Shown one piece after another: positions 1-12,157 of a DNA stretch of 64,000 nucleotides. Origin of the DNA: Terriglobia bacterium. GTDB taxonomy: Bacteria; Acidobacteriota; Terriglobia; Acidiferrales; UBA7541. Made by a program: the position numbers and the translations under genes. The first letter of the stretch is position 1, and each line of letters opens with the position of its first letter. The notes below the pieces were generated by a model. It was not told the DNA's origin and made no database searches. It saw nothing but the letters and a program-made list of their open reading frames with translations. Where the stretch lies: assembly GCA_963695545.1 (NCBI GenBank), contig OY968796.1, positions 2,400,001-2,464,000 of the forward strand. Reading direction: 5' to 3'.

Positions 1-939
1 AATCCCGATCTTACGCTGATGATGAATCCCTGGAGCCCGCCGGCATGGATGAAATCGAGCGGCAGCCTGGTGGCGGGCGGCATCCTTCCCCAATTTTACG
101 CGCACCAGGTGAACTACTTCGTCAAAACCATTCAGGCCTACGAGGCCGAAGGCGTGCACATCGATTACGTGACGATGAACAACGAGCCGACCTGCTGCCT
201 GGACATCAATTATCCGTCTGTTCGAGTCATCACATCGGACGATATGATCGCGATGCTGAAGAATTATTGGTTCCCGGCATTCCAGGCGAACCATCTTACG
301 ACCAAGATTCTTCTGCTGGATTTCAACTGGGGCGATGCAGGCCTTCTCGAGCCTCTATTGCAGGACCCTGCGATTCGAAACTCGCCGTTCGTGGGCGGCG
401 TGGCCTGGCACGGCTATGGCGGCGATGTCTCCGTTCAATCCACATTTCACGACCGATACGGCCTGGACGCGTTTCTGACCGAACGCGCCGGAGGCGCAAA
501 TGGAAGCCGGCAGCAACAGCAGGACTTTCGACTCATGGTGAGCGTGATCCGCAATTGGGGCAAATCCGTGGTCTTTTGGCCGGTTGCTACGGACGAAAAT
601 TTCGGTCCTCACGTGGGCGGCTGCGATCGCTGCGCGGGCCTTGTGACGATTCATACGAACGACGCCTATGCCGGCCGTGTGGATTACGGAATTCAATATT
701 ACGCGATGGGCCATCTCACCAAATTTGTCCGTAAAGGCGCTTATCGAATTGATTCCACGGCGAGCGCGGATATCCTCAACGTCGCTTTCAAGAATCCCGA
801 CGGCTCGCTCGTTTTGATCGCATATAACGACACGGATAAACCCCAACCTTTTCGAGTGCGCTGGCGCTCGCAGTCGTTCGATTACACGCTGCCCGTCAAC
901 ACCAGCGCCACATTCCGCTGGCAGCCGCCTTCACAATAA
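1..939 (+). CDS. Glycoside hydrolase family 30, 5'-truncated by the window edge
   Basis: Frame is open from base 1 (NPDLTLMMNPWSPPAWMK). It has the NEP acid/base motif, AWHGY, LTE nucleophile, and a C-terminal beta-sandwich VAFKNPDGS. Confidence 0.9.
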   Translation, partial: NPDLTLMMNPWSPPAWMKSSGSLVAGGILPQFYAHQVNYFVKTIQAYEAEGVHIDYVTMNNEPTCCLDINYPSVRVITSDDMIAMLKNYWFPAFQANHLTTKILLLDFNWGDAGLLEPLLQDPAIRNSPFVGGVAWHGYGGDVSVQSTFHDRYGLDAFLTERAGGANGSRQQQQDFRLMVSVIRNWGKSVVFWPVATDENFGPHVGGCDRCAGLVTIHTNDAYAGRVDYGIQYYAMGHLTKFVRKGAYRIDSTASADILNVAFKNPDGSLVLIAYNDTDKPQPFRVRWRSQSFDYTLPVNTSATFRWQPPSQ

Positions 940-1098
940 ATAGTGCAAACTGTAGCGTGCGAATGAGGCGTTGGAGTGAATGAAGAGCCTCCGGAATACT
1001 CGCGAGCGGAACGCACCGCTTGCCTGGCTAAACCGCATCGCCGAAGAATTCACATCGCGCGCTTCGTGAGCGTCTTACGGAGGATTGTGCAATAGGAT

Positions 1099-2973
1099 CT
1101 AGGGCTGTTTGGGCAGCGGGGGGCGGATGCGATCGTGAGGCACTACCCCTTGGCCTTCCAGCACGGAATAGAAATGGTCCGCTGCCAGATTATCGAGCGA
1201 CTGTGTTTCGCCCGACGGCCAATGGATTTCCACGCGGTCGATGTGATCGTGGGCTCCGAGACCGAAGTGAAGGCGCAGGTCGTTTTGAGAGAGATAGCTT
1301 GAACCGCTGCGCACCTCGTCCGTTTGAACCAGACTTCCGGCAGTGACCTTGACTCTGGCGCCAATCGCGAGGCGGTTGCTTTTTGTCCCCGCGAGCTCGA
1401 AGGAAACCCAGTGGTTACTGGTGGCGCCAACATTGCGGAGAACCATAGGCGCACCATCGAGATTCTCAACAACGATGTCGATCCTTCCGTCGTTGAAGAG
1501 ATCGCCAAACGCAGCACCGCGGCTGACTTGCGGAATCTGAATGGCCGGGCCGGCAAGTTTGCTTATGTCCTTGAAAGTGCCATTGTGCTGATTCAAGAAT
1601 AGAAGCTTTGGCTCGCGGTATTTGGCTCCGGCCTCGGCGGTGTCTACTTGTGGGTAGACGTGGCCGTTCACTATGAGCACATCAGGCCAGCCGTCGTTAT
1701 CAAAGTCGAAGAACCCATCGCCCCAGCCAACATAAGGAGCCGTGCTGGGAGCGATTCCGGAAGGGTACGAAACATCCGTGAAATTCATTCCACCATCGTT
1801 CCGGAATAGCGTCGCGTACTCGTCGCTAAAATGAGTTATGAGCACGGAAAATCGTCCCGTGTGCATGTAGTCGCCAAGGGCAATGCCCATGTTGGCCTGT
1901 TCCGCTCCATCCTCGTTGACAGCCGTGCCCGCAGAATACGCAATATCGGTAAAGTGCCCGTTGCCGTCGTTTCTGTAGAGATAATTCGCTTCACCGTCGT
2001 TGGCCACAAAAAGCGCCGGATGCCCATCTTCGTCGAAGTCCGACCAAACGGCGGTCAATCCAAATGAATTTCGAGGGGCGCCGACTCCGGCGCTCTGCGA
2101 TACATCCGTGAATGTGCCGTCGCCATTGTTATGGTAGAGGATATCGGGAGAACGCTTGAGGCCTCGAGGACCACACTGGACATTAATTCCGCGATACTGG
2201 CATGTCTTGCCGGACCCGAAGGCCGGAAGATCGTCCAGATGGAAATCCACGTAGTGCGACACAAACAAGTCAAGCCGGCCATCGCCATCAATTTCGGCAA
2301 AGGTCGCGCCCGTGGCCCAACCTGAATCGTTGCTTAGGCCCGCTTGCTTCGTGACGTCCGTGAACGTTCCATCGCCGTTGTTGTGGTACAGCACGACGCC
2401 CCCGTAGCAGGTCACGAGCAAATCGGGCCAGCCATCGTTGTCGAAGTCCCCTACAACAGCACCCATCGCCCAGCAGGGATAACCGACCCCCGCCTTATCC
2501 GTGACGTCGGTGAAGGTTCCATCGTGATTATTGTGGTAAAGCGCGCTCCTAGCTTTCTTGCCCGCAAGCGCCATGTCCACGCTCTGCGCGTTGGTAAAGT
2601 AAATATCGGGCCATCCATCGCGGTCATAATCAATGAGAGCAACGCCTCCGCTCATTGACTCCACAATGTATTTCTGCTCAGGACTCGAAAGATGATTGAA
2701 TTCGATGCCTGTCGAATCGGTGATGTCCACCAACTGAGGTAACGCAGCGCCTTCCTGCGGTGCCGGTGGCTGTCCTCCGGAACGGTGCGCGGCGACAACC
2801 AGCAAACCCGGTTTGACGGCAGGTGAATCAGTATCGCGCTGCTGGCTCTGGGAGAGCACGGCGACAGGCAGAAGACAAAACAAGAGTGTCGACGAGGCCA
2901 GAATGACGATCGCGCTAGGGTGCGAGCGCCTGGATTTCAGAGGCTTTGGTATGTCAGAGGGCACTCGCTTCAC
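1099..2973 (-). CDS. CRTAC1-like FG-GAP repeat protein with C-terminal ASPIC/UnbV domain
   Basis: Repeated DYDRDGWPD/DFDNDGWPD and NNGDGTFTDV motifs; C-terminal AIGARV...SYLSQ...LHFGLG...IHWPSG; N-terminal hydrophobic segment. Confidence 0.9.
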   Translation of the reverse strand: MKRVPSDIPKPLKSRRSHPSAIVILASSTLLFCLLPVAVLSQSQQRDTDSPAVKPGLLVVAAHRSGGQPPAPQEGAALPQLVDITDSTGIEFNHLSSPEQKYIVESMSGGVALIDYDRDGWPDIYFTNAQSVDMALAGKKARSALYHNNHDGTFTDVTDKAGVGYPCWAMGAVVGDFDNDGWPDLLVTCYGGVVLYHNNGDGTFTDVTKQAGLSNDSGWATGATFAEIDGDGRLDLFVSHYVDFHLDDLPAFGSGKTCQYRGINVQCGPRGLKRSPDILYHNNGDGTFTDVSQSAGVGAPRNSFGLTAVWSDFDEDGHPALFVANDGEANYLYRNDGNGHFTDIAYSAGTAVNEDGAEQANMGIALGDYMHTGRFSVLITHFSDEYATLFRNDGGMNFTDVSYPSGIAPSTAPYVGWGDGFFDFDNDGWPDVLIVNGHVYPQVDTAEAGAKYREPKLLFLNQHNGTFKDISKLAGPAIQIPQVSRGAAFGDLFNDGRIDIVVENLDGAPMVLRNVGATSNHWVSFELAGTKSNRLAIGARVKVTAGSLVQTDEVRSGSSYLSQNDLRLHFGLGAHDHIDRVEIHWPSGETQSLDNLAADHFYSVLEGQGVVPHDRIRPPLPKQP

Positions 2974-3031
2974 TGTCCTTCTTAAACGCGCTACCAGGAT
3001 CGCGATTGGGTCGCTGTGGGCGACAGGCTTG

Positions 3032-4228
3032 TTATTGGCGCGGATCAGTATCGTCGTCTTCCCTGGCTGGCTGCAGGCGCATCTCTTGATAGAGGCTCCG
3101 AAGCTTTTCTTTCATTTCTTTATATTTTTGGTACTGTGCCAGTTCGTTCTCGGCGTCCGCTGTGCGTCCGTCCTGCCGGTATAGCGTACTCAGACGAAAG
3201 TGGGCCACCGCATTGGTGGGGTCCAGCTGGACGGCACGCTCCAGAAGCGGCTGGGCTTTTTGCGGCTGATTCATTGACATCAAGACCTTGGCCAGGCCGA
3301 GATTGGCTTCCGCGTCATCGGGCCGCAATTGCACGGCTCGCGTGTAACGTTCGTAAGCCTCATTTAGATCGTTTCTCCGGGCAGCGATATCGCCAAGCCT
3401 GGATTCCGCCTGCTCGTCGAGCGGATTGACCTCCAAGGCTGCCTTGTATTCGCTTTCGGCTTCTTCCTGCCCGTCTGGCACCGACGGACTGTTCAGCATT
3501 TCGGCAAGCTCAAAATGGAGTCCGGGAAGCTGAGGGTCAATCTTGAGAGCGGCTCGATAATTCGCGATCGCTTCAGCCGTATGCCCTTGCTTCGCCAGTT
3601 CGTGCGCCATCATTTGGTGCATTCGGGCGGAATTCGGAGCCACGATGGACAAGCTAAGCATGGCCTCGTCGGTGAGATCGGAATAGATTCGGTAAGCACT
3701 GTAGAGAATTGCTTCATCCGTTGGCTCCAGGCCACGGAGAACACTTATGGTGGCCGCGGCTTTGTCCAGGTCGCCCGTCGCGGAGTAGATTTCGATCAAC
3801 TCCATGCCGGTTTCGATGCGGACCTTCTCCTCCGGCACCTTTGGGAATGCCGTCTCCAAATCGGTGCGAGCCTTGTCGATGTCGCCCGTGCGCTTTTCGG
3901 CGATGCCCAGGAGAGCCTGAATCTTCCACAGGGTGGGCCGGAGTTTCAGGGCGGCGCGGAGCTGCGGAATCGCATCCGCATAAGCCCCCTGGAAAAACAG
4001 CAACGCGCCCAGGTTGCCGTGGGCGTCCACGTTATTGGGATCGAGGGCAAGGATGGCTCTGAATTCTGTGGCGGCCTGATCAGGCTTGTTCTCCTTCAGG
4101 TATTCCCCCGCCTGGCGGTTGTGCGATTCGATTTGCTGCTGACGGCCAGGAGCAGATTGGGAGAAACACGGAAGAGAGATGAGCAAGAGCGCGGCGCACA
4201 GCGAAACACCGACTTCCTTAGTTCTCAT
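3032..4228 (-). CDS. Secreted tetratricopeptide repeat protein
   Basis: Signal peptide followed by many TPR-type units (ALDPNNVDAHGNLG, AVQLDPTNAVAHFRLS). Confidence 0.88.
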   Translation of the reverse strand: MRTKEVGVSLCAALLLISLPCFSQSAPGRQQQIESHNRQAGEYLKENKPDQAATEFRAILALDPNNVDAHGNLGALLFFQGAYADAIPQLRAALKLRPTLWKIQALLGIAEKRTGDIDKARTDLETAFPKVPEEKVRIETGMELIEIYSATGDLDKAAATISVLRGLEPTDEAILYSAYRIYSDLTDEAMLSLSIVAPNSARMHQMMAHELAKQGHTAEAIANYRAALKIDPQLPGLHFELAEMLNSPSVPDGQEEAESEYKAALEVNPLDEQAESRLGDIAARRNDLNEAYERYTRAVQLRPDDAEANLGLAKVLMSMNQPQKAQPLLERAVQLDPTNAVAHFRLSTLYRQDGRTADAENELAQYQKYKEMKEKLRSLYQEMRLQPAREDDDTDPRQ

Positions 4229-4280
4229 GATGAAGACATTATACAGCGGCCCATCAGTGCTTCCGTATTTCGTTCGCCCG

Positions 4281-4326
4281 CGAAAAGAAAAGAAAGGACG
4301 GCGGCATGTCGCCGCCGTCCTTTCTT
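4281..4326 (-). terminator. Intrinsic terminator downstream of the TonB-dependent receptor
   Basis: Perfect 16-bp stem aagaaaggacggcggc (4290-4305) / gccgccgtcctttctt (4311-4326) with a 5-nt loop and a U-rich tail on the minus strand. Confidence 0.85.
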
Positions 4327-4346
4327 GCTAAGTGAGCCGAGCGTGC

Positions 4347-7300
4347 TTAGAAGGAAAAGCGGCCCGACAGTGCCATCGTACGAGATGCATTTGCGACGCT
4401 GGTGATGGTGCCGTCACCCGAACTGCCGACGTTGTTGTTCGGCAGTGAAAAGCTCGGATGGTTGAGAGCGTTGACAGCGTCCGCGCGAATTGCGAACGCA
4501 AATCGTTCCCCGAAATGGAAGGTCTTCGAGGCGGAAAGGTCCATATCAAACAGATGCGGCCCGAACAGCGTGTTCCTGCCGACCAGCCCGAAGGTTCCAT
4601 TACCCTGCTGGGTCGGAGTTTCAAAGGCCGCGGTGTTAAACCAGCAACTCAGCGTTCCCACGGCCTTGCCATTCGGGCAAGAACCGGAAGTAGGGGAGAC
4701 ACCTGCAACAGGGTTGGCAAACAAGTTGCCAGCCTGCGAATAATCGTTTTCACTGTTGTCCAACACCGTGAACGGGGTGCCGCTCTCTACGACAAATGTT
4801 CCCGCGATCTCCAATCCCCCGACGACGGCGTCCGCAGCGCGGTTATGGTTAAGATAGGCCTTCCCGGAGCCAAACGGCAATTGGTAACTCCAAGTCCCCT
4901 TGAACGCTTGCGGGATGTCGAAGTTGGAGTTGGCGTAGTTTGCCGCGGGGTTGTTCCCAATCTGCCAATCCTGTGCCCCGGCGGTGCTGCCCCATCCGGC
5001 CGAATCCTGGTCGTCCAGCATATGCGACCAGGCATAGTTCAGATTGAAGGTTAGCCCGTTGGAATAACGCTTCTCCACCACGACTTGCAGCGAATCGTAG
5101 TTTGCTATGCCGTTGAAGTTTGAGCCCCCAAGGCTTCCGAACGCCGGATACGGACGAGCGCAGGTGAGGGGGTTGGCAGTGATGGACGCGGGCGTTGCCC
5201 CATTGCAGGCCGACACATCGTTCGCGTTCAACAAGGCAGGGTTGGTGATTTGGTTGAGGTTGGTCAGGAATTGCAGATTCGAACTGTGGCTGCCGACATA
5301 AGAAATGGACACCGCCATATCCTTGGCGAACTGGTGCTGGACAGCGAGCGTCCATTGCATGATTCGCCCGGGCTGGGTGTTGTAATTTAAGTACGGCGGG
5401 CTTTTGACGGGATTAGAGACGTAAGTCGCAGGGTTCGTCGAGCCCACAACGTAGGGCTCACAATTGACCGCCGCCGCAGCACTCGAGCTTAAGAAGAGCG
5501 GAGTGGTGTTGCCAGGGCAGCCGCTAACCCAGCCGGTATCCCCAGCTGCGGCAGAAGGGTCGTTGTTGCTGCCCTGAAAGGTAGCGCCGTAGCCAAGTTG
5601 CCCGCCACCCTCGCCTCCGTACAGGTCCTGGCTGTAGTTATAAGCGAACATCCCAAACCCGCCACGGACGGTGGTATTGGCCCTAGGCTGCCAGGCAAAG
5701 CCGACACGTGGGAGGAAGATGTCCCAGATTGGCTTCATCAACGTGGTTCGGTCATCCTGACCGCCAAACCATACCGAGCCCGCGGTGCCCGCGAAGGGGC
5801 CGACGGTATTGATGAGTTCCTGGTCGAAATCGCCATAGCGATTATCTATCTCGCTCATGCCGGTGTTCCCAGTCCAGCGCAAGCCGAGGTTTATGGTGAA
5901 ATTGGGCTTGACCTTAAAGTCGTCCTGGACGAAGGCTTGCGGGCTCTTCATCCGCATGCCGTCTATGCCCTGATTCGACGCGGACCAGTTCTCGATATTG
6001 CCCAGCAGAAAATCCGCGAGGCCCGATCCAGAGGTTCCCGTATTCAGCGTTGTGCCGCTGAAGCCGGCGGTGTATTGCCCGGTGAAACCGTAGACGCCGG
6101 CTGAATTGGAACCCCAGGCTGTGGTATTGCCCTCGCTCATCAGCACCTCAACACCGAAATGGAGGATGTGCCTGCCCTTGATGAGCGTCACCACATCCGA
6201 GGGGTCGAAAGAGTTCTCGACGTATATGGCGTCCGTAGAAGGCGCCAGACCGTTCACGGCGTCCGGGCCGCCTATATTCAGGGTCGGAAACTGGTTGTAT
6301 AGGGTATTTTGCAGGCCAAATGTCGCCCCAGGGTTCGACCCGATGGTCGCGGACTGGAAAAAGTTGCCTTGCCGGGTATAACCCATTCGAAATTCGTTTA
6401 CCACCGTTGGGCTGATCGTCCACGTATCGGTGATCTGCGCGTTGACGCCGTTCACGTCGCCTGAGCCGCAATCCTCCGGGCAGGGGAGCAACCCATTATT
6501 CGTGGCGGGGTTGTTCTTATGGGTCATGGACGCCGAGATACGGTTCTTGCTGCTCATTTCGTAGTCCCCGCGCCCAAAATACCGGAGAACTGGCGAGGAA
6601 CCGGGCTGTGTGAGGAAGGCGTTGTTGGTACATTCGTTCTGATATGGCGCGGCCGCGCATTGCCCCACGCCTAGCGGCGCGGTGGGCCATCCATATTTAG
6701 AAGACAGGATTTTCGACGCCACCGAGTCAATCCGGTTCGTCGGGATCGCGTTATTCATGAACTGCGTCCGCGTCGTGCCGACCGTGGTGGTGGGGTCATA
6801 GATGGGGTACATGCCGGCAAAATTGCCGGCCAACTCGTTGGCAGTGGGGAGGGTAACGAAGCCACTGGCCGTGGAATTGTTCACGATGTTGTCGACGTCG
6901 AAAAAGAAAAAGAGCTTGTTCTTGATAACCGGCCCTCCGACCGAACCGCCAAACTGGTCGTATCGCACGCGCGATACCGCATGGCCTGGGTTTGCAATTT
7001 CCGGGCCGGTGGGGTTCAGGGGGTTGGTCTCTAACGGATTCTGCTGATTATTGAAGTAGCCAGCGGCGTTTAGAAAATTGTTCTCCCAGGTTTCATAAAG
7101 CGACCCATGGAAGGTGTTGGTGCCGCTCTTGGTAATCTGGTTGAATACGACCCCGCCCATGCCGTATTGCGCCGAGAACGAAGAAGTGTCGATCTTAACT
7201 TCCTGGATGGTTTCGAAAATCGCGTCGTCATTGTTGTAGCTCGCCGGCAATATGGTGCTGGCGCCGTCCTGGAGGAAGTTGTCGAAATTCGGCAAATTGC

Positions 7301-7877
7301 CGTTAATGGAAGCCGCGTCGGCGGCGTTCCATGCGCCATCCGTGGTGTTCCGCCCCTGGGTCGTGCCTCCGGCGCCAGGGAGGTAAATGTTGAAGCTAGC
7401 CCAGTCGGCGCCGGTGATTCCGGTGCCTACCTGGGGTAGGTTCGCGATTTCGCTGCCTACCATAACTTCACTCTGCTCACCGCTTTCCGTCTGAAGGAGA
7501 GGCGCGCCGGTAGCCGTGACGGTCACCGTTTCATTTGGGGTGCCAATTTCGAGGCGGCCATCTTCCGTTATCACGCCCACGTTCAGGGTGATGGGGCCGC
7601 GCACAAGTGTCTTGAAACCGGTCTTGGTGAAGGTAATGTTGTAATTTCCGGTTTGGGTCGCGACGGTATCGTAGATGCCGTCTCTATTGGTGGTGAAGTC
7701 CTCTTTCACACCCGTATCAATGTTCGTCACTTCCACGTTAGCGCCGGGGACAATGGCACCCGACGGATCCGTCACCGTACCGCGAATTTCACCGGTGTTT
7801 GTGTTTTGTGAAAATGCTGGCTTGGCCAGACACACGAAAACGCAAAATACAAGCGCCCAGCGGAACAGATTCCTCAT
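4347..7877 (-). CDS. TonB-dependent receptor, Oar-like, with carboxypeptidase-regulatory-like N-domain
   Basis: Signal peptide, GTVTDPSGAIVPGANV N-domain, FSAQYG and TKSGTNTFHG plug motifs, QDDFKVKPNFTINLGLRW, C-terminal Phe. Confidence 0.93.
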   Translation of the reverse strand: MRNLFRWALVFCVFVCLAKPAFSQNTNTGEIRGTVTDPSGAIVPGANVEVTNIDTGVKEDFTTNRDGIYDTVATQTGNYNITFTKTGFKTLVRGPITLNVGVITEDGRLEIGTPNETVTVTATGAPLLQTESGEQSEVMVGSEIANLPQVGTGITGADWASFNIYLPGAGGTTQGRNTTDGAWNAADAASINGNLPNFDNFLQDGASTILPASYNNDDAIFETIQEVKIDTSSFSAQYGMGGVVFNQITKSGTNTFHGSLYETWENNFLNAAGYFNNQQNPLETNPLNPTGPEIANPGHAVSRVRYDQFGGSVGGPVIKNKLFFFFDVDNIVNNSTASGFVTLPTANELAGNFAGMYPIYDPTTTVGTTRTQFMNNAIPTNRIDSVASKILSSKYGWPTAPLGVGQCAAAPYQNECTNNAFLTQPGSSPVLRYFGRGDYEMSSKNRISASMTHKNNPATNNGLLPCPEDCGSGDVNGVNAQITDTWTISPTVVNEFRMGYTRQGNFFQSATIGSNPGATFGLQNTLYNQFPTLNIGGPDAVNGLAPSTDAIYVENSFDPSDVVTLIKGRHILHFGVEVLMSEGNTTAWGSNSAGVYGFTGQYTAGFSGTTLNTGTSGSGLADFLLGNIENWSASNQGIDGMRMKSPQAFVQDDFKVKPNFTINLGLRWTGNTGMSEIDNRYGDFDQELINTVGPFAGTAGSVWFGGQDDRTTLMKPIWDIFLPRVGFAWQPRANTTVRGGFGMFAYNYSQDLYGGEGGGQLGYGATFQGSNNDPSAAAGDTGWVSGCPGNTTPLFLSSSAAAAVNCEPYVVGSTNPATYVSNPVKSPPYLNYNTQPGRIMQWTLAVQHQFAKDMAVSISYVGSHSSNLQFLTNLNQITNPALLNANDVSACNGATPASITANPLTCARPYPAFGSLGGSNFNGIANYDSLQVVVEKRYSNGLTFNLNYAWSHMLDDQDSAGWGSTAGAQDWQIGNNPAANYANSNFDIPQAFKGTWSYQLPFGSGKAYLNHNRAADAVVGGLEIAGTFVVESGTPFTVLDNSENDYSQAGNLFANPVAGVSPTSGSCPNGKAVGTLSCWFNTAAFETPTQQGNGTFGLVGRNTLFGPHLFDMDLSASKTFHFGERFAFAIRADAVNALNHPSFSLPNNNVGSSGDGTITSVANASRTMALSGRFSF

Positions 7878-8080
7878 TGAATCCCTCCACCCCAAGATTT
7901 GATTTCTTCACCGGCGACTGGGCCGGATCAAAAATGACCCCACCACCCCAAGAACGATTCGTCGACCTGAGTCCGTTGTCTTTGACCCTTGGTCCCTACG
8001 GCCACACAGGGTGCCGTTAGAAACCGACTTCTCCATTGGCTTTTCACCTAGTGTTTTTGTATTACCCCGGGCCGGGGCGC

Positions 8081-8109
8081 ATTACACTCCAGATTGTTTC
8101 TGGTGTCAA
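8081..8109 (-). promoter_or_regulatory. Sigma70-type promoter for the TonB/TPR/CRTAC1 genes
   Basis: Minus strand TTGACA (8109-8104), 17 nt, TGTAAT (8086-8081). Confidence 0.7.
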
Positions 8110-8174
8110 GAGGAAAATATCGATTTTTCTCTTGGATTTTCAACATCCGTGCCTATCAATATCGATTTTTCTCT
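8110..8174. promoter_or_regulatory. Two putative LacI-family operators
   Basis: Direct repeat aatatcgatttttctct at 8116-8132 and 8158-8174; each is a quasi-palindrome with a central CG. Confidence 0.65.
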
Positions 8175-8632
8175 ACACTCCATAATATTGGCATCTCTCG
8201 CGGTCGCGTGAATGATGCCACCTCAAGCCACGCGGCCGCTCGCATGAGCGAGAAAATGGGCTCGAAAATGAACTGGAAAGAGTTGCGGCGCTTGGATCAA
8301 CGCGGATAGGAAAATGCGCCGGTAACGGCTCGGGGGGCATCAAGCCTATCGCTGACGGCCGGGGCCGTCGTATCAAATTGTCCACCCTTTGTCCGCCGCG
8401 ACGGACAAAGTTGTGGCGCGGTTCCCTTTTTCAGATTAGGTTCTGCTGTGTCCCGCGGACAGCCGCACCTCGACGTACCGAAGACGAAACCGAGAAGCTC
8501 GGAGTGAAAATCGTCCTGCGCGAGACCTGCTCGCCAACGAACGGCAGAGCAGCGAGGGGCGTGCCTTGCGCGTGTCGATAGGGGTCGGATGGAAGCTCTG
8601 GACGCGCCGGACGCGGCCGTCCGGCGTTCTGA

Positions 8633-9724
8633 CTAATCGGCCGAAAGCGCGGACACTAAGACTTCGCGCGCCTGCGAGACGTCCGCGGGAACCCGCGCGG
8701 TTGATTGGCGAATCACAAATTCAGGTTCCGCGGTGATTTCGGGCAGAAACGCGCGGCGCTTCTCAATTCGTTCAAGCAGCGTGCGAGCAGCAAGCTCGCC
8801 CATTTTGTGCAGCGGCTGGCGCACCGTCGTCACGCTCGGATTGCCGTACGCCGCGCTCTCGATATCGTCGAAACCCACGACGGAAATATCCTCGGGCACG
8901 CGCAGGCCCGCCTCCTGGAACGCCCGAATCGCGCCAATCGCGGAGTTGTCGTTGTAAGCGAAGAGCGCGGTGAAACGTTTTCGCCGCGCGAGCAAACGCT
9001 TCGCGAAGGGATAGCCCGCGTGCGGCGTGCCCACTTCGCCCTTTAGGCGTACCGTGAGCTCCGGCCGGACGTCGATACTGAGTTTGCGGCTGACTTCCAC
9101 AATGGCCTGCCAGCGGTCTTCGGTGTCCGAGCTGGTCGTTGGCCCGTGCATGAACGCGATTTCCGTGTGCCCGAGTTCCTGCAAATGCTTCAGAGCCATC
9201 AGCGCCGCGGCGTGATGATCGAGTACGAGATTTGTGACGCCTTTGACTCGGCGGTGTCCGGCAACCGCGACGATGGGCAGCGGCAAAAACTGCTGGATCG
9301 AAGTGTCCACGGTGATGAGGCCCTCGACGCCGCGCTGCACGAGGAGATTTGCATACGTGTCGAGGAGCTTGGCATCGTGCCGGTGCGCCACGGTCAGGAA
9401 CAAATACCCGCGCTGCCCCAGATGCCGCTCGATTCCGCCGATGACCATGGCGCCATATGGATCGCCGATCTCCTCGGTGATCACGCCGATCGTGTAGGTG
9501 CGCTTCACGCGCAACGAACGCGCGACTAAATTGGGCAGATAGTTGAGTTTGCGTGCGGCGGCCAAAATCCGGCTTTGGGTCGATTGCGGGAAGGAGCGGC
9601 CTGCAGGGGTGTTATTGAGAACCGCAGAGATCGTGCCCGGCGTGAAGCCGACGTACTCGGCGACGGTTTTCAGAGTTACAGGGGAATGCCTGGCATTGTT
9701 CCTGTTTTTCGCCCGAGAGGCCAT
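8633..9724 (-). CDS. LacI-family transcriptional regulator
   Basis: HTH TLKTVAEYVGFTPGTISAVLN, hinge YLPNLVARSL, sugar-binding domain VPEDISVVGFDD. Confidence 0.95.
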   Translation of the reverse strand: MASRAKNRNNARHSPVTLKTVAEYVGFTPGTISAVLNNTPAGRSFPQSTQSRILAAARKLNYLPNLVARSLRVKRTYTIGVITEEIGDPYGAMVIGGIERHLGQRGYLFLTVAHRHDAKLLDTYANLLVQRGVEGLITVDTSIQQFLPLPIVAVAGHRRVKGVTNLVLDHHAAALMALKHLQELGHTEIAFMHGPTTSSDTEDRWQAIVEVSRKLSIDVRPELTVRLKGEVGTPHAGYPFAKRLLARRKRFTALFAYNDNSAIGAIRAFQEAGLRVPEDISVVGFDDIESAAYGNPSVTTVRQPLHKMGELAARTLLERIEKRRAFLPEITAEPEFVIRQSTARVPADVSQAREVLVSALSAD

Positions 9725-9960
9725 TCAGGTTATTCCTTATTCTGCCGGCAACAACGGGAGTCAAAAGTGCGTCCTCTGCCGAGTGACGGAAGAGCCGGAT
9801 CGCACCTCAAGCGAAATCCCGTTTAGTCTATCGTAGCCGCGTCCCGAACGCACGGATTGCGTGCGATCGTCACTTTCGTCTGAGACGATGTTATCTTTCA
9901 CTTGACAAACCCTGCTCTTTTGGTCTTATTAGGTGTCGCCACTCACGCGGAGGTGTAGTG

Positions 9961-9975
9961 AAGAATCGATATTTT
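9961..9975. promoter_or_regulatory. Putative LacI operator between lacI and the GH1 gene
   Basis: AAGAATCGATATTTT; its reverse complement differs at one position from the 8114-8128 site; TTGACA lies at 9902-9907. Confidence 0.55.
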
Positions 9976-10278
9976 AGGCGCTTTCCGAAGATCGTGGCTC
10001 CAACCTGGAAATTCCAAAACCGGCAGCACCTTCGGCCAAATCGCAGGCGTCAACGCGCCGCGACGGAAACAGTTTGGGCTGAAATTCACTTTCTGAGTTT
10101 GCGGCACCCCGCCCGCGGGCCATACGCGGGAGCGTACCCGACGCGCGCCGCCCGCAGAAGGCTTGGGAATGCCGCGAGAATCACCTTCAGGGCAGCGCCG
10201 TTCCTCCTAGAGGCGCTGCGTTTCCCCGGAACCTTTTCCGGTTCCGTGCGTAATGAAACGCAGAGGCAATACTCGTAA

Positions 10279-11805
<1,527 letters not shown>

Positions 11806-12067
11806 TAATTTTGCATGCAGCGCGAGAACCTGCTGGCGGGGCAGAGAGGATTGAACCATGTCTCGCCAAAGTTTCGTGCCAGACGGATTTTGGCGAACCA
11901 CAGGTCTGATCTGCTCGTCGTAGTCTTCGGCGGCGGCACTCTCGCCGCGCTGTCTCTCTAGCGGCGGAATTTGTGGTGCGAGGTCGTCGCGCACGCGGTC
12001 CCTTGACAAGCGCTGGTTTACCCTGTTCTTATGATCGGCGGCCCCGGCCCATCCGTCTAATATCTAT

Positions 12068-12085
12068 AGAAAAATCGTTTTTTCT
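12068..12085. promoter_or_regulatory. Putative LacI operator upstream of the GH30 gene
   Basis: agaaaaatcgttttttct, a near-perfect palindrome around CG; TTGACA at 12003-12008. Confidence 0.55.
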
Positions 12086-12157
12086 TACCAAAAACGCCGC
12101 AACGCCGGTAGAATACACGCCGGACGGCGATCCGGGCGCTAACCAGAGGAGATCTCC

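Noticed and set aside
9958..10278. 106-aa ORF upstream of GH1
   Set aside because: Arg/Ala-rich with no recognisable motif, and it overlaps the putative operator region.
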